A DNA stretch of 63,909 nucleotides, filler included, from Octopus bimaculoides (GCF_001194135.2; 5 parts of 4 records of this genome joined end to end with filler, not necessarily neighbours in it); one strand, 5' to 3'. Shown: positions 51,219 to 63,909, numbered from the whole stretch's first letter. Notes: generated by a model not told the origin, from the sequence alone. Numbers and translations are program-made.

Positions 51219-52224
51219 GTATATAATTGTTAAAGAGGACAACAAATGTTAAGGCAAGGCAAACATCTCAAGTCATATACATTATTATTATTGGAAAAAA
51301 ATATATCCTTGAATATGGGATATTCCATCATGAGAGACAAATAGGGAAAATGAGAAGGGTATATATACCCTTTTCATTTTCCTTATTTGTCTTTGATGAC
51401 GGAATATCCCATACTTGGGGATATCACAGAAACAGCTGTAAGACTGAATTTTTTTCCAATAATAATAACAATGAATATGACTTGAGATGTTTGCCTTGCC
51501 TTAACGCTTGTTGTTCTCTTTAACAATTATATATCTGCTGGATCAGAAATCTGCAATAGCTCCATAAATACTGTCTCGGCTATAACCTTGGAGCTCTAGT
51601 AATCCGTTACAACACTTACGTAGTGTACCTAATCATTTAGTTCACTTGTAAACTAAACCCCCATACTTTGTATATATATATGTGTGTGTGTATAAATGTC
51701 TATATATATGCATGTGTGTGTGTAATTATATATATCAATATGTATGTGTGTATGTATATATATACATGGTTGAACGAATGTCAGAAAATGTTTTGGTTTG
51801 GCTTAGAATGTCTGAGGTATTCTTCATTGAGATCACTCAACATTTTGAATGAGGCCCTGTTGTTTTTAACACACAAGTCTTTTTGAGAAGTTTCTCTGGA
51901 GCAAAATATTAGGGTTAGTGTCATTCCACATTTGTAAATACATTGTAGGCAACTACAGAAGTGTTCGCCCTCACTCTCGACTTTGTTTCTTTATAAATTT
52001 CTGAAAAATGCATATTTTAATGGTTTTTTTATTTATTTTTTTTTTTTTTACAAATATGTTTCAGGTAGTGTAGATTACAGTTATGTTGGAATTTGATGGG
52101 GGAAAGTATTTTTTTGTTAGGTTGGACTGATAATTCATACACTTCATCAAAATGTATGAGGAAGCAAAGTCAAAGTGAGGAGCCACGCATCTATAATTAT
52201 GCCACATTATGTTATACACTCCTA

Positions 52225-52264
<40 letters not shown>

Positions 52265-52266
<2 letters not shown>

Positions 52267-52500
52267 GTGATGGTACATGACCTAGTGGGTAGGATATTAC
52301 ACTCACAATTACTAGATCATGATTTCAATTCCTAGACCGGGTGGTGCGTTGTGTTCTTAAGCAAAACACTTTATCTCACATTGCTCTGCAATCACTTTGA
52401 CACCTGATGCATGGTACACTGTGCACCTGTTAAAACAATGTCAATTTGATGGAGAGAGTGAGCTATTGTGCAACATGAACATTTGTGCACCTCGTTTAGC
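52265..52500 (+). mobile_element. tRNA-headed SINE, family C-like head, decayed
   Basis: GACCTAGTGGGTAGG..GATTTCAATTCCTAGACCGGGTGGTGCGTTGTGTTCTTAAGCAAAACACTTTAT. Confidence 0.6.
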
Positions 52501-52520
52501 AAAAGCTGAACATATATATA

Positions 52521-52561
<41 letters not shown>

Positions 52562-52869
52562 CAAGGGCGTATATTCTGAGTGTACTAGGTGTGCACTACA
52601 CACCCATCGAAAATGGCAAATTCATTATAAATATTAACCTTAATCATTAATTTAATCATAAATCTTAATAGAAAACTTTTGTTATACCCTTGCTTGAAAT
52701 TTGGTGGCCCACCTCACAGTACATTGTATCATAATATGGTACAGGGCATTTTGTAGGATAATGGAAGAAGGGCAAAAAATTAATGGCAAAGGCTGTGCAA
52801 CAGCTTTGACAGTAGTTTTTAATGCTTCATGTATATATTGAGAAAATGTAAATTTACTTGAGTCTCTAT

Positions 52870-53110
52870 GCTTAAAATAAAAAACGGGGGCCCTTCCAGA
52901 TAAAGTACTTTGTCAGGAAGCACTCTCCTTGCCTTGCTTCATCTGATTACCACCAATTTCGAAGTCTACGGTCATCTTGGTAGACTGGTTCTCAAAATGC
53001 ATGGAGTGGAAACTACCCTCTGTACATCTTTTCTCACCAAATGAAAGCAATTTTACACAAATGGTTTTAGAAAGCTTATAAATTATTGCAAAAAGGTCAT
53101 CAATTGGTTA
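52870..53110 (+). mobile_element. Possible hAT transposase N-terminal (TTF-type zinc finger) relic
   Basis: RGPFQ..FRSLRSSW..W..TNGFRK is loosely like hAT TTF-type zinc finger regions; stops present. Confidence 0.25.
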
Positions 53111-53961
53111 TGATAATTATGTTAATGAATGAATTTTAATAAAATATGAAATTTAGAAAACTTTTCTTCTCACACAATACTTGGGCATTATTTATAGGAT
53201 AACCTGAAATATTCTTTGACTGTGACAAACCTGAACAACATGATAAAATTATTGCTAATATAAGGTTTCAATTACCACGTGAAGAACAATACTTGCAAAC
53301 TTTGCAATTTTATTGAAAAGAAATGAGCATAGCGGTGTAATTTTTCTTGTAGAAAGTTCTGCACTGTTGTGTCTACACAATGAAAATTGAAGGGCATGAA
53401 AATGTGAAAGTTGCATGCTACAAAGGCAGCAAAGTATAAGTTTTTGAAGTTTGACTGTTATTGGTAAATGTGTAATTCATGTTGTGTCATTGCTAGCTGT
53501 TAGAACTGTCAGTCGTTGTTGCTGGTTCTTCTGTAAAAAGCTGGTATGTGAGCTGTGAGCTATCAGTGACTAAGTGTACTTGATAAAAGGTCATAATTAC
53601 TGATTGGTTATTGGAAATGGCTGACATTGAGCTGCTGCTGTTACTATAAGATTCTATGTCTTTCAGTGAATAGGCATGCTAGCTAATATAGCATCACACT
53701 AACAGCTAATTGGTTGAGAAGAATTAACTCAAAATTAATTTCAGTCATAAATTAAAGTTGCAGTTGCGACTTCACTTCATTAACATGCTACGGATATGGT
53801 CTTCTCTTTCTTAAGACCTTATACAAGTTTATATTGCAATAAAATGTTCCGATATATAACTTGAATACATACATATGATATATTTCTTATGATCAAATTG
53901 TCTTCATCCTATTTTTTTTTATGCTTGTGTTATAATATTGTCATAATTTCTGTTATTTCAG

Positions 53962-54015
53962 ATACAGCAACAGAAGAAAACTCTTCATGAAAAATACAGG
54001 ATTCAAGAAGAATAA
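53962..54015 (+). CDS. Candidate terminal coding exon (IQQQKKTLHEKYRIQEE*), gene unknown
   Basis: Acceptor TTCTGTTATTTCAG, 17 codons to TAA, AATAAA at 54011 and 54033; no upstream partner exon identified. Confidence 0.25.
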   Translation: MQQQKKTLHEKYRIQEE

Positions 54016-54960
54016 ATTTTTGTTTGAAGTTTAATAAAAAAAATGTAATTGTTATGAGACTGCTATCTCATTTACCCCCATCTCATCAATCCATAATTTG
54101 TATATCCTAATCTTTTTGCCCCTTAAGTTGTGTATTTTCATCTGTTTGATCCTATGTTTCCTCACATCACAAAAAATGAATTTATTTTCCAAATTTTAAA
54201 AAATATATTTTTGATTAGCTTTAAATTTTTTGTTTGGAAAATAATGTCCGTTATAAATCTCTTCATCTAACAAATGTGGTGATATTAGTTGGATTTAAAG
54301 TTGAGGTAATTCTGTACCCCAACATATCACAGGCTTTTATTCAGAGGAAAAAAAATTGATCACAGTATTGTAAGGCATCAATTAAACCAAGCCTCTGTTG
54401 GTAACAGTGGTAAATTCTACCTCCCTATTTACAGTTAGTTGGCACATCTATCAACAGATAACATTTGTTGGGTTTTTGTTTACATTAAAGGCTGAAACTA
54501 TCAGTTGTAACTATATTGATGTAAACATTTATTTTATATTGATCATTATTTCCTTTAAAAATCATGAACTTGTATTTATTAATTTTAATAAAATGCAAAT
54601 GGTCAGAGCTTCAGAAAGAGAGAGATATTATATCAGCCTGGTCAACAGCAACTGTCCATTTAACAAAGACCTTATATTTCTTAAATTTCTCTTAGAAATA
54701 GGATAAGATAAGTATAACCCTTAAGATCTAAAGTAGGTATTTCTCTTGTTGTTTATCCTCGGAATTTTCCATGCCAACTACGGAACATTATTGTACATTT
54801 ACTTATTTGATTGCCTCCTCATCGCTTCAGCAAATGCTGTGAAGTCTATGTCTTCAGTGAGGAGGCTAATAAGACTGATTCATGCCAGATTTATTTTCTG
54901 TGCTTATCAGAATCATTAAAATAACATTGGTCATTTCCTCACTGAATAATTATTTTTGAT

Positions 54961-55667
54961 TAGGGGATCTTTTCGTTTGGCTGCCACTTTTCAATATCTT
55001 CAATTTTGGTTCCAATTGATTTCATATTCGGTGTAATGAAGTAGTTTTGTATTCTAATAATTGACATGAAATTCATTTTCACCATAAATCAATTGACAAA
55101 ATGTTATTAGCTTTTAAAATTTGAAAATTTTGGATAGTTTTAGCCAATCATAAGCCACAGACACATTCATGCCTGTTTCCATAGTAACAAGTCAAACATG
55201 AGAACCCTTTTATCTGTGAGAAAGCACATGTGTTGACAAATATATTCTATGGAAAATCACATGCAGTTGTGAAATGTGCTAAAAGTAATTTTTTTTTTTT
55301 TTTTTTGAGTTATCATGTGAATTTCCTTGTGTAGAATACAAATAAACAAAAATTTTCTGAAAATTCCAAAAAATAGAAGAATTGCATCAGTATTTCATTT
55401 GTTTACAGTTTCAGATTAAAACGTGCTATTTTCAGAATATTGACATGTGCAGTCATGCCCAAAATGACAGCTTCTAAATCCTGTTTTCTGGCTGGGTAAA
55501 AAATTATCAAACTTTAAACCTCTATAACTTTTTTTTTACAAATTTTTCTGGAAAAAGTGAAATACCTCCTGAGATTCATGTGGAAAATTACATTAATACA
55601 CCAAATTTTAAAATTTTCAATAAACTCTAAAATTTCCAAAGGTGCAGCCAAACAGAAAAGGTCCTTA
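54961..55667. mobile_element. MITE-like non-autonomous DNA transposon
   Basis: About 30-bp imperfect TIRs: TTAGGGGATCTTTTCGTTTGGCTGCCACTTT versus the reverse complement of the right end, TTAAGGACCTTTTCTGTTTGGCTGCACCTTT. Confidence 0.7.
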
Positions 55668-55774
55668 ATGCTGTTCACAACAACAAGTATGTGAATGGTA
55701 ACTTAACTATTGTTTTTCATATGGATGATGGAATCTTTGATTAATTTATCCTCTACGTTTGAATGAATTTGTTA

Positions 55775-55949
55775 TATTATACAGACAAGAAAGTAATATT
55801 TCGAATATGGTATCACTGTGAAAACAGCAGAGAAATTGGGTATTATTACCCTTGTGAGATAGAAAAAAAGTTGTCAACAAACAGCCACGGGACATGAACC
55901 CACAACTTTCAGAGACCGGCTGAGTACTTTACCATTAAGCTAAACTGCC
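55775..55949 (-). mobile_element. Short tRNA-headed SINE (fourth family)
   Basis: Minus strand GGCAGTTTAGCTTAATGGTAAAGTACT..GTGGGTTCATGTCCC, followed by a body that recurs twice at 56071-56256. Confidence 0.55.
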
Positions 55950-58289
55950 TACTGACAACAATCTCCATCAAATTTAAATGCTAAATATATAGCTGTTTTG
56001 AAATGCAACAACAACATATATATAAACTAACTTATGTTTGCTTTTTAGAAGCGCCGAATGTGTATTGTATTATACAGACAAGAAAGTAATATTTCAAATG
56101 CAGTAATGCCATGAAAACAGCAGAAAAATCGGGTGCAAGATGGAAAAAAGTTGTCATGGGACAACTTTTTTCCATGTTGCAAGAGTAATAATTTCCATTT
56201 TTTTTGTTGTTTTCACAGTGATACTGTGTTCCAAATATTACGTTTTTGTCTTATACAGTTTGTCTTATATGAAACACATCTGATGCTTCAAGAAAACAGA
56301 TATAAGTTTGTTTATATATATATATGTTGTTGTTGAATTTGTTATTATTTCTTAAACTTGAATCCAGTTCAAAATGTTAACATCCTGTTTTCCTTTTCTG
56401 ATTTATCAATGAAAATATATTTCTTATAACACAATAAAACAAACAAGTTAACATCGTTAATGTTGTTTCCAATTTATCTCATCTTATTCAAAATCACCTG
56501 CAACCATAAACATTGAACTTCTTCTACTCAGAATTGATTCAATTTCTGTACTAGAGAATCCACAAGAATATTGCAAAAATAAAAGCAAATACATGATTAA
56601 TTGAAAAGAGAGGAGAAAGAAAACGGAGAGAGAAAAAGAGGATAAGGCAAAGAGGGAGAAAGAAAAAAGGGAAGAGAGAAGCATCTATGACATGAGGTAG
56701 AGGGAACATAATATTTATTATTTGATTAAAAAGTTAGTTGAAAGTAGTGATGATATAGAGGAGGAGGTTAAAGAAAGGCAGAGAGTAGGGGTGGGGGAGA
56801 TGGAGGAGGTGGTGGTGATTGGATAGTGAAAAGTGTATTTTTTATTTTAATTGAACTAAGTTTTGTTATACCACCTATCACTTAACACATGCACGTAAGT
56901 GCAATTCCATGAAATATTCATGCTTATTTACGTGGCAGATATATGCAATTTAACTAAAGGCTGTATCATATATACGGGATGTTTTTTCTTTTGTTTATGG
57001 GGAAAGTAGGAAAATAAGAATGGATATTTATTTCATGAATGTTGTGTATTAAGTCTATAAAATTCTGCATAAAGTACATATATAAAGTGCATTAAGTAAT
57101 CATTGTATTCCAATTTCCTTCACTTTTCAATGAAGTAGATGAGCGACTATCTTTCCATACAGATGCAACACAGGCTACGCTTTCAGGTTTTTTGGATAAA
57201 GTTTTCATAAATAACCCAATAGGTTTACCATTAATTCCATGAAATATTCATGGATCCTGCTAGTAGTTCTAACCATTATATATATATGTATATTTTGAGA
57301 ATCCTCCTAATGTATAAGGCTGTTTATTTTTCATTTTGAAAAATATCCTATTCCATACTTGATAATATAAAGCATTTTTTTTTAAATGAAAGTAATTTAT
57401 TAAAACAGAAGACAAAACACGTGTGCATGCACATGCACATACACACACAAACTGAATCATGATTTCTCTAAATTTCAAAAAAACTTATTTGTCTTGGCAA
57501 AATGCAGTTGTAAAATTATTACAAAGAATAGTAACGTCTAATCCAGTCATGGACAAACTGCAGCCCAGTGATCTTCCTGAATGACATGCCTAATGAAAAA
57601 TTACTTTCAATTTTCTCATGTGGTCCACTTCTTAAAAAAGGCTGTCCATGCCTGGTCTAATCCAAAACATGAAAACCTTGTTCATTCTGAAATACACCTT
57701 ACTTTTCATGCCAAAATCACACCTTTTTCCCTCATCTGTGTCTATCTTTCTGTCAGTCTGACTGTGTGAGAGAGAGAGAGAGAGAGATCTCATTCTTCCA
57801 TTTATAGATGGTCTCTCATCTCCACCATCTTATATCATTCTCCCTTTCTGGCTACGTCACTTATTAGTCCAATGGAAAGTATTACATATAGCTATAAATA
57901 TGGTAATAAGGGAAATGCTGCTTGTTAATGATCACACACTTGTATCCCATAGTGCAGAGCACATGCTGAGACTGCTTGGATGCTTTTGGTAGTTCAATCA
58001 CAAAGTTTGACTTGGATATTAACAGTTGGAAGACTGAAATTCTCTATCAGCTAAATCCTGACATGACACAATCTGAGTAGAGGCAAACTACATTTAGCTA
58101 TCTCAGCACTGCAAATGGTAGTGATGGTGGACTTAATAAAGAAAAAGACCACAGTATGTGTAAGGCCATACTGATCAAGAAAGCAAGTGTAGAACAACAA
58201 ACATGTTATGTATTGGATAACAGTATTATCCACCTTATTGTATGGAGTGAAGGTGTGTATGTTATATGGCTTTGTATTAAGAAGCTCAC

Positions 58290-58630
58290 TTTGCAACAAC
58301 ATTGTTTTGGGTTCAGTCCTATTGCCTTGCATCTTCGGCAAGTGTCTTCTGCTATGGCCCGTAACCCTGGGTCGACCAATGCCTTATGAGAGAATTTGAT
58401 AGACAAAAAACTGTGAATAAAGCTTGTCGTGTGTGTGTGTGCACGTGCATGTGTGTGTGTGTTGTGTTTGCTACCGTTTGACAACCAATGTTGGTTTGCT
58501 TACTTTCCCATAACTTGGCAGCTTGGCAAAAGATACCAACAGAATGAGTATCAAACTTGAACAAAGGAAAGTAGTTTAACTAAGCCCTTCAAGGCGATAA
58601 CCCAGTATGACTGCAGCCAAATGACAGAAA
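58290..58630 (+). mobile_element. SINE family B, decayed
   Basis: GGGTTCAGTCCTATTGC..GGCAAGTGTCTTCTGCTATGGCC..CCCAGTATGACTGCAG. Confidence 0.75.
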
Positions 58631-59044
58631 GAAATACAAGACAAAAGATTAAAAACAACAACAACATAAAACCCTGCATGCAGTCATGTTGAGTCATTCG
58701 AGACTCAACATGAATGTCACATAGAAGGACGAGGCCAGGAGCCTCATTTTAAAGAAAGCCAAGTTCCCTTACATAGAAGAGATATTAGTGCAGCGAAATC
58801 TCTCATGTCCAAAGAATGAAAGAAATTCAGTTACGAAGGTGAGTACACTTCTCACAGTTAGCCTCTGAATTGAGAAATTATTACAGACCTGATTGAGATA
58901 CAAGGATGCGATTAAAGGCAACATAATGTGATTATATATTGATACTCATGGCTGGACGACAGCAGCTCCTGTGGAGGAGAGTGCTAGAGTCATTGTCAGA
59001 ATCGATAGACAAATGATGATGACAGTGGTGAGAATGACAATGAC

Positions 59045-59505
59045 GATGTATCATCATCAATATCATCATCATTTAATGTCTGTTTTCCATGCTGGCATGG
59101 GTTGAACAGTTTGACTGAAAACTAGTAAGGTAGGGAGCTGCATCAGGTTCCAATCTGATTTGGCAAGGTTTCTACAACTGGATGCCCTTCCTAATGCCAA
59201 CCACTCTGAGAGTGTAGTGGCTGCTTTTTACGTGACACCAGCATGGTGCCAGTTACGTAACACTGGCATTGGCCATAACTACGGTCTCACTTGGCTTGAC
59301 AGGTCCTCTCAAGCATGGTATGTTGCTAAAGGTCACGGTCCCTAGTCATTGCCTCAGTGAGGCCCAATGTTTGAATGGTGCTTTTCACATGCCACCAGCA
59401 TGGGTGCCAGTTATGCGACACTAGTATTGGTCACGACTACGATTTCACTTGGCTTAACAGGTATTTTCAAGCATAGCATATCACCCAACATTCGAAGGGT
59501 GCTTC
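59045..59505 (-). mobile_element. RTE-type 3' end with duplicated tail unit
   Basis: (CAT)n tail; two units CCAGTTA..ACT(G/A)G(C/T)ATTGG..CACTTGGCTT.ACAGGT, complementary to 37615-37690. Confidence 0.75.
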
Positions 59506-60811
59506 TTTACATGCTAGTTGCTTTTTTTTGTGTGCTAGATGTATAGTAATAATAATCTGATTCGGTCAACCAATCATTCATATTTATGAGAAAAATAATA
59601 AAGCTGACTTGTATGATAAGTCCAATGCATCGAAAGTCTATTTACTAGCATTTGACAATTGATTGATCATTAAAACATACCAGAATTAATAGTGTGAGTC
59701 AGATTAAACTTCATCAGTTCGTGCTATGATGGTGCAATTTAAATGGTGTTGAGTTGGCATAATCACCAAGGTTGCTTTGTAGTTGGGACTTCTGAAGAGT
59801 GAGATACTTCTTGGAAGAGGACAAGGTGTGGGGTATGGGCCAGGATGCAGGACAGCTCCACTACATATGTTTGAAGGTAATGGAAGGGATGTTGTCAGGG
59901 GTAATGACCTTGCTGATTTCAAAAGACTGGAGATATTTCTGTGCACCTTGCTTATACAACATACACGTTAATACAGAAACATCCTATTCTTGTGTGTGTG
60001 TGCGCGTGCACGTGTGTGCATGCATGTGTATGTATGTATGTATGTATGTATGTAATGAATAGCTTCCTAGATTTCAACCCTTGGTTCGAAACCAAATCTA
60101 CAATCAAACAAAAAAGAACAATCGTATCTTTCACTCCACAACAGATCAAAGAAACAAAATCACTTCTTACAAAAGAAGGTGAAAATTTACAATTACACAT
60201 CCCTCAGAACATAGTAGAACAAACAGAAGAAAAAACAATAATCTACCAAATTTTAAGTATAAAAACAAAAAACCCAAAAACGCAGCACAGGAAAAAACAG
60301 AAAAGTGCCTTCGCCCTGTATGGCCACATAAAGAATATATCAATTGGTAGCATAAATTTGCCACTGTTCAAGTTCGTTTCCACAACAAAAAATTAGCGAA
60401 GCAGTTTTCGACACTCACTCTTCGCGCTGATCAGCTGATAATGATACCCAGCTATCTTGGGCAATAAAGAATGTGTCTCCAGAGGTAGAGACCCAATGGT
60501 TGGTATCTGCCATCTGTTTCGAAATGGAGGAAGCTAATATTTTAGAAATTGCTGTCCTTGAACAGCAAAACTGGGTAGGTAAAAAGATCGAAATACTTCT
60601 ACAAGTGTGGCGTCCCATATAGGACGCCACACTTGGATGGCTATTATGTTACGATTCTATATTGCTACTGTTTACATTTCACTCAGAGATTTAATAGAGA
60701 CTATATATATANNNNNNNNNNNNNNNNNNNNNNNNNNNNNNNNNNNNNNNNNNNNTTAATTAATTAANNNNNNNNNNNNNNNNNNNNNNNNNNNNNNNNN
60801 NNNNNNNNNNN

Positions 60812-60912
60812 AGATTGGAGCCTGGTGTAGCCATCTGGTTTCACCAGTCCTCAGTCAAATTGTCCAACCCATGCTAGCATGGAAAGCGGACGTTAAAACG
60901 ACGACGACGACA
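60812..60912 (+). mobile_element. RTE-type 3' end fragment
   Basis: Near-identical reverse complement of 38059-38150. Confidence 0.8.
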
Positions 60913-60957
60913 GAGAGTTATATATGTATGGATTATATATGTTTATCTCTCTCTCTC

Positions 60958-61006
<49 letters not shown>

Positions 61007-63029
61007 ATTCCCTGTGAGGGATTGTTAATAACAATCTAGATTCCAAATGTCTTTATCAAATATATTGTCAGAAAGTTCCTCAATATATATGTATAAACAG
61101 TCTCATAAATTATAAAGTTAATAAAAGAAAATGGAGAAGAAAAATATTATAGATGCTTCGTCCATTTTATTTGTATCACAATGGAAAAGTAATGCAAAGC
61201 AAAAGAGATATTTTGTATTTATCCCATCTTCCTCCTATAAGACTTATATAATATAAATATCTTTCTCTGTAGTACTTCTAAAAAACATTATCGTTGTATA
61301 ATATAAACGAACTTTTCATCCCTTTATTAACATTTCTCAATCTAACTCTTTGTATATTACATCCCTCATGATAAGTTACATTTATCTTTCTCCTATCTTC
61401 CTCCCATAAACTTTTATAAATATGTTATAAATATAATTATAAAAATATTTTTCAAATGCATTTGATGTTTTAGCATTATTTCCACATTCAATGTTAGCTA
61501 AAATTAAATGATCAATTTCTAATCACATGAACTCTGCATCCTAATAAGCTGTTGTTTACATTTGAAAATTTCTAAACAAAGCCCTCAAATAAGTTATTTC
61601 ATAATTCAAGATTGGAAAATATATTTACTTTTCCCTGAAGGTACCCGGCAATATATCGTTTATTACATTTATGAAAGTTCAAATGTTGATGATTCAAACA
61701 TACTGTAGGATTTTTGCAGATATTTTTTTATTGTTTTGTTGATCCAGCTCCTTTTTATACTTATTTTCATCTTTTTTTCTTTGCATTAATTTTCCATTGA
61801 GATACAAATAAAATGAACCAAGCATCTATAATATTTTTTTTCTCCATTTCCTTTTATTAACTTTATATATATGAGGAATTTAGGTCAAGGTTACCCAAAC
61901 TAATATGTGTGCGTTCTGAGTGCTCTAATAGATGATCCACCAAAATTCCAGCCAGAACAGTGGCTGGAATTGTGGCTGTGTGAATGTCTTGTTCGACAAA
62001 AACTGGCAATTGGCAGGTATTGTTTAAAATAATGAGGAAGGCAAACAATTAGTCAAGGCAGGTCTATAACATTTAAATTCATTCGGCTTAATCTAAAAAT
62101 AGTAAAATGATACAAAACTGGTAAAGATAGCAAAGACAGCCATCTTTGAGACACCCCGGCCATTGGATCATTGTATTGATTGAAGACTTTATAAACTGGA
62201 TATTCTGTCATTGGAGAAATGTATGAAGAAATGTATGACAGTGGAAAGAAAGCTCCTCTTTAATAGCATCTGCTGTGGTTCATTATGTTCAGGAGGGTAG
62301 GAGTGTTCAAATCCATTCAAATTGATTCTTCCCTAGGCATATCCATAGGTAAATCCTTAGGTGAATCCATTATCAAAAGAGTGGTCAAGTAGCATATCAA
62401 GGTGAGAAGAGGAAAAGAAACTGCTAGCAGTTGAACAGTCACATGAACAAGAGAAGGAACAAGCAAAATGTTCTAGTATGAGAGAAAATAAAATAGGTAG
62501 ATAGATGGATAGATAGATATATAGATATAAGCAGCACACCAGACACAGTGTTCAGCATATCACAGGGCATTCAGTCCTCAGTGGGGAGTGGGGTGGGGTC
62601 AATAAATAACACATTCTGGTATGAGAAAGATAGGTAGCTCTACATAGGGGTACTAAGTCTTGAGAACACCAGAGGGAGAGGATAGGGTAGGGACAGTAAA
62701 TTGGCACTCCCACCCAAAGAAGTCGGGTGGGGGTAAATGCAAAGACCAACCGATGAGGGAGAGGATAAAACAGGGCAGGTGCCATACCTTGGGTCTAGGG
62801 CACCAACGAGAGGGTGGGGAGCATTCAATAACAAAGTGGACACAAGAAAGACAACAGACAAGTGCAGATATGAGTTGTCAAATCCCACTTGGATGGACAT
62901 GTACTGTTCACTAGCCACCAAGGAAAGCTAGAATGCTAGAAATAGGTGTCAAACTATAAAGGAAGGATTTAAGAATTAAGAGTTAAGATTTACAAAGACT
63001 TAACTAATATAACTTTAATAAAAGACGTT

Positions 63030-63539
63030 GTATAAAAGTAATGTAAATAGCTAGAAGAAAAAAATAAAATAAAGATAAAAAAAATAGATAGGAGGAGATT
63101 TAAAAAATAGATAAAAAATAAAGAAATAAAAAATATAACATATGTAAGGATAACTGAAGTTAAAAATTGAAATAGGTTAACACTTAAAATTAAAATCAAA
63201 TTTAGATGAAAAATAAAACATAAAATTTTAAATTTAATTTACTGTCATAATGGAGGGACTATGGGCTTATTCACGACCAGTATTTCATAGGCCCATAGTC
63301 CCTCCATTAGCGCTTCTGACACTAAATTAAATTCAAATTTTATTTTTTATTTTTTATCTAAATTTTATTATAATTTTAAGCATTAACCGTATTTTAACTT
63401 TTAACTTCCATTATTTATTTATCCTTACATATGTTTTTATCATTTATATTTTTCATTTTTTATTTCTATCTATTCCTATCTATTTCTTATTTTTATTTTA
63501 TTTCATTTCTTCTTCAAGCTATTTACACTATCTTTATAC
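63030..63539. repeat. About 510-bp foldback palindrome
   Basis: Core stem 63248-63270 / 63287-63309 pairs at 22 of 23 positions; the AT-rich flanks keep pairing imperfectly for about 220 bp more. Confidence 0.85.
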
Positions 63540-63909
63540 CACTTTATTTTCTTTCTGCAATTTTCTAACAACATTTTGTCTCTTTCTATCTGGGTTTTTG
63601 GTTCGGTTTTTTGTTTTTTGGGATTTATAATTTTCTGTTTTTTTTTATCAAACTTTCATACACTTAATAACATATATAAACTGCATTCTCAATGTAATTT
63701 CATGCAATTGGTTGCTATTCTTATGTTGGCAACTTTGTCACTGGTCTAGCAATATTACAATTAGAAGTGCTACACATCTCTGAAAATTAGATAATGCATT
63801 TTGATTATATAACTGATATATAACGAATAATCATTGTTTGGTAATGAAACATCAGATGGTGATAAATACTTAACAAACAGAACCTCATGTTATATATATA
63901 TATATAATA

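Noticed and set aside
54790-54865. Minus-strand exon LLTEDIDFTAFAEAMRRQSN
   Set aside because: Splice sites are weak and it could equally be a hAT C-terminal relic; unsupported either way.
57990-58230. Protein-like frame FDLDINSWKTEILYQL..
   Set aside because: It has an internal stop, no splice signals and no recognised family.
61905-62030. Possible exon DDPPKFQPEQWLELWLCECLVRQKLAIG with an 11-bp hairpin at 61944-61971
   Set aside because: Two frames are equally open, and nearby YKLDILSL (about 62190-62215) suggests a decayed LINE endonuclease region rather than a host gene.

Overview
AT-rich, repeat-dominated eukaryotic DNA from a gapped draft assembly (16 N-gaps, about 3.6 kb of N). The SINE families, RTE/CR1/Penelope relics and very high microsatellite density look cephalopod, most likely Octopus; this is inference from recognising the repeats, not a database search. 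No intact protein-coding gene is recognisable, and most ORF-track entries are translations of microsatellites, N-runs or decayed transposons. Supportable content: three tRNA-derived SINE families in many copies, including an 8-unit head-to-tail array at 43.9-45.6 kb; three Penelope-like fragments; RTE and CR1/L2 LINE fragments; an internally deleted DD37D (maT) Tc1/mariner plus older mariner relics; MITE-like elements; several long inverted repeats; and some candidate promoters and exons. The best lead is a minimal type I hammerhead ribozyme motif with a self-complementary helix III (minus strand, 4642-4688), with a decayed second copy at 27.8 kb. This architecture is known from Penelope-associated dimeric hammerheads. 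I see no evidence for a wholly new biological system; the findings are leads in transposon and RNA-structure biology.
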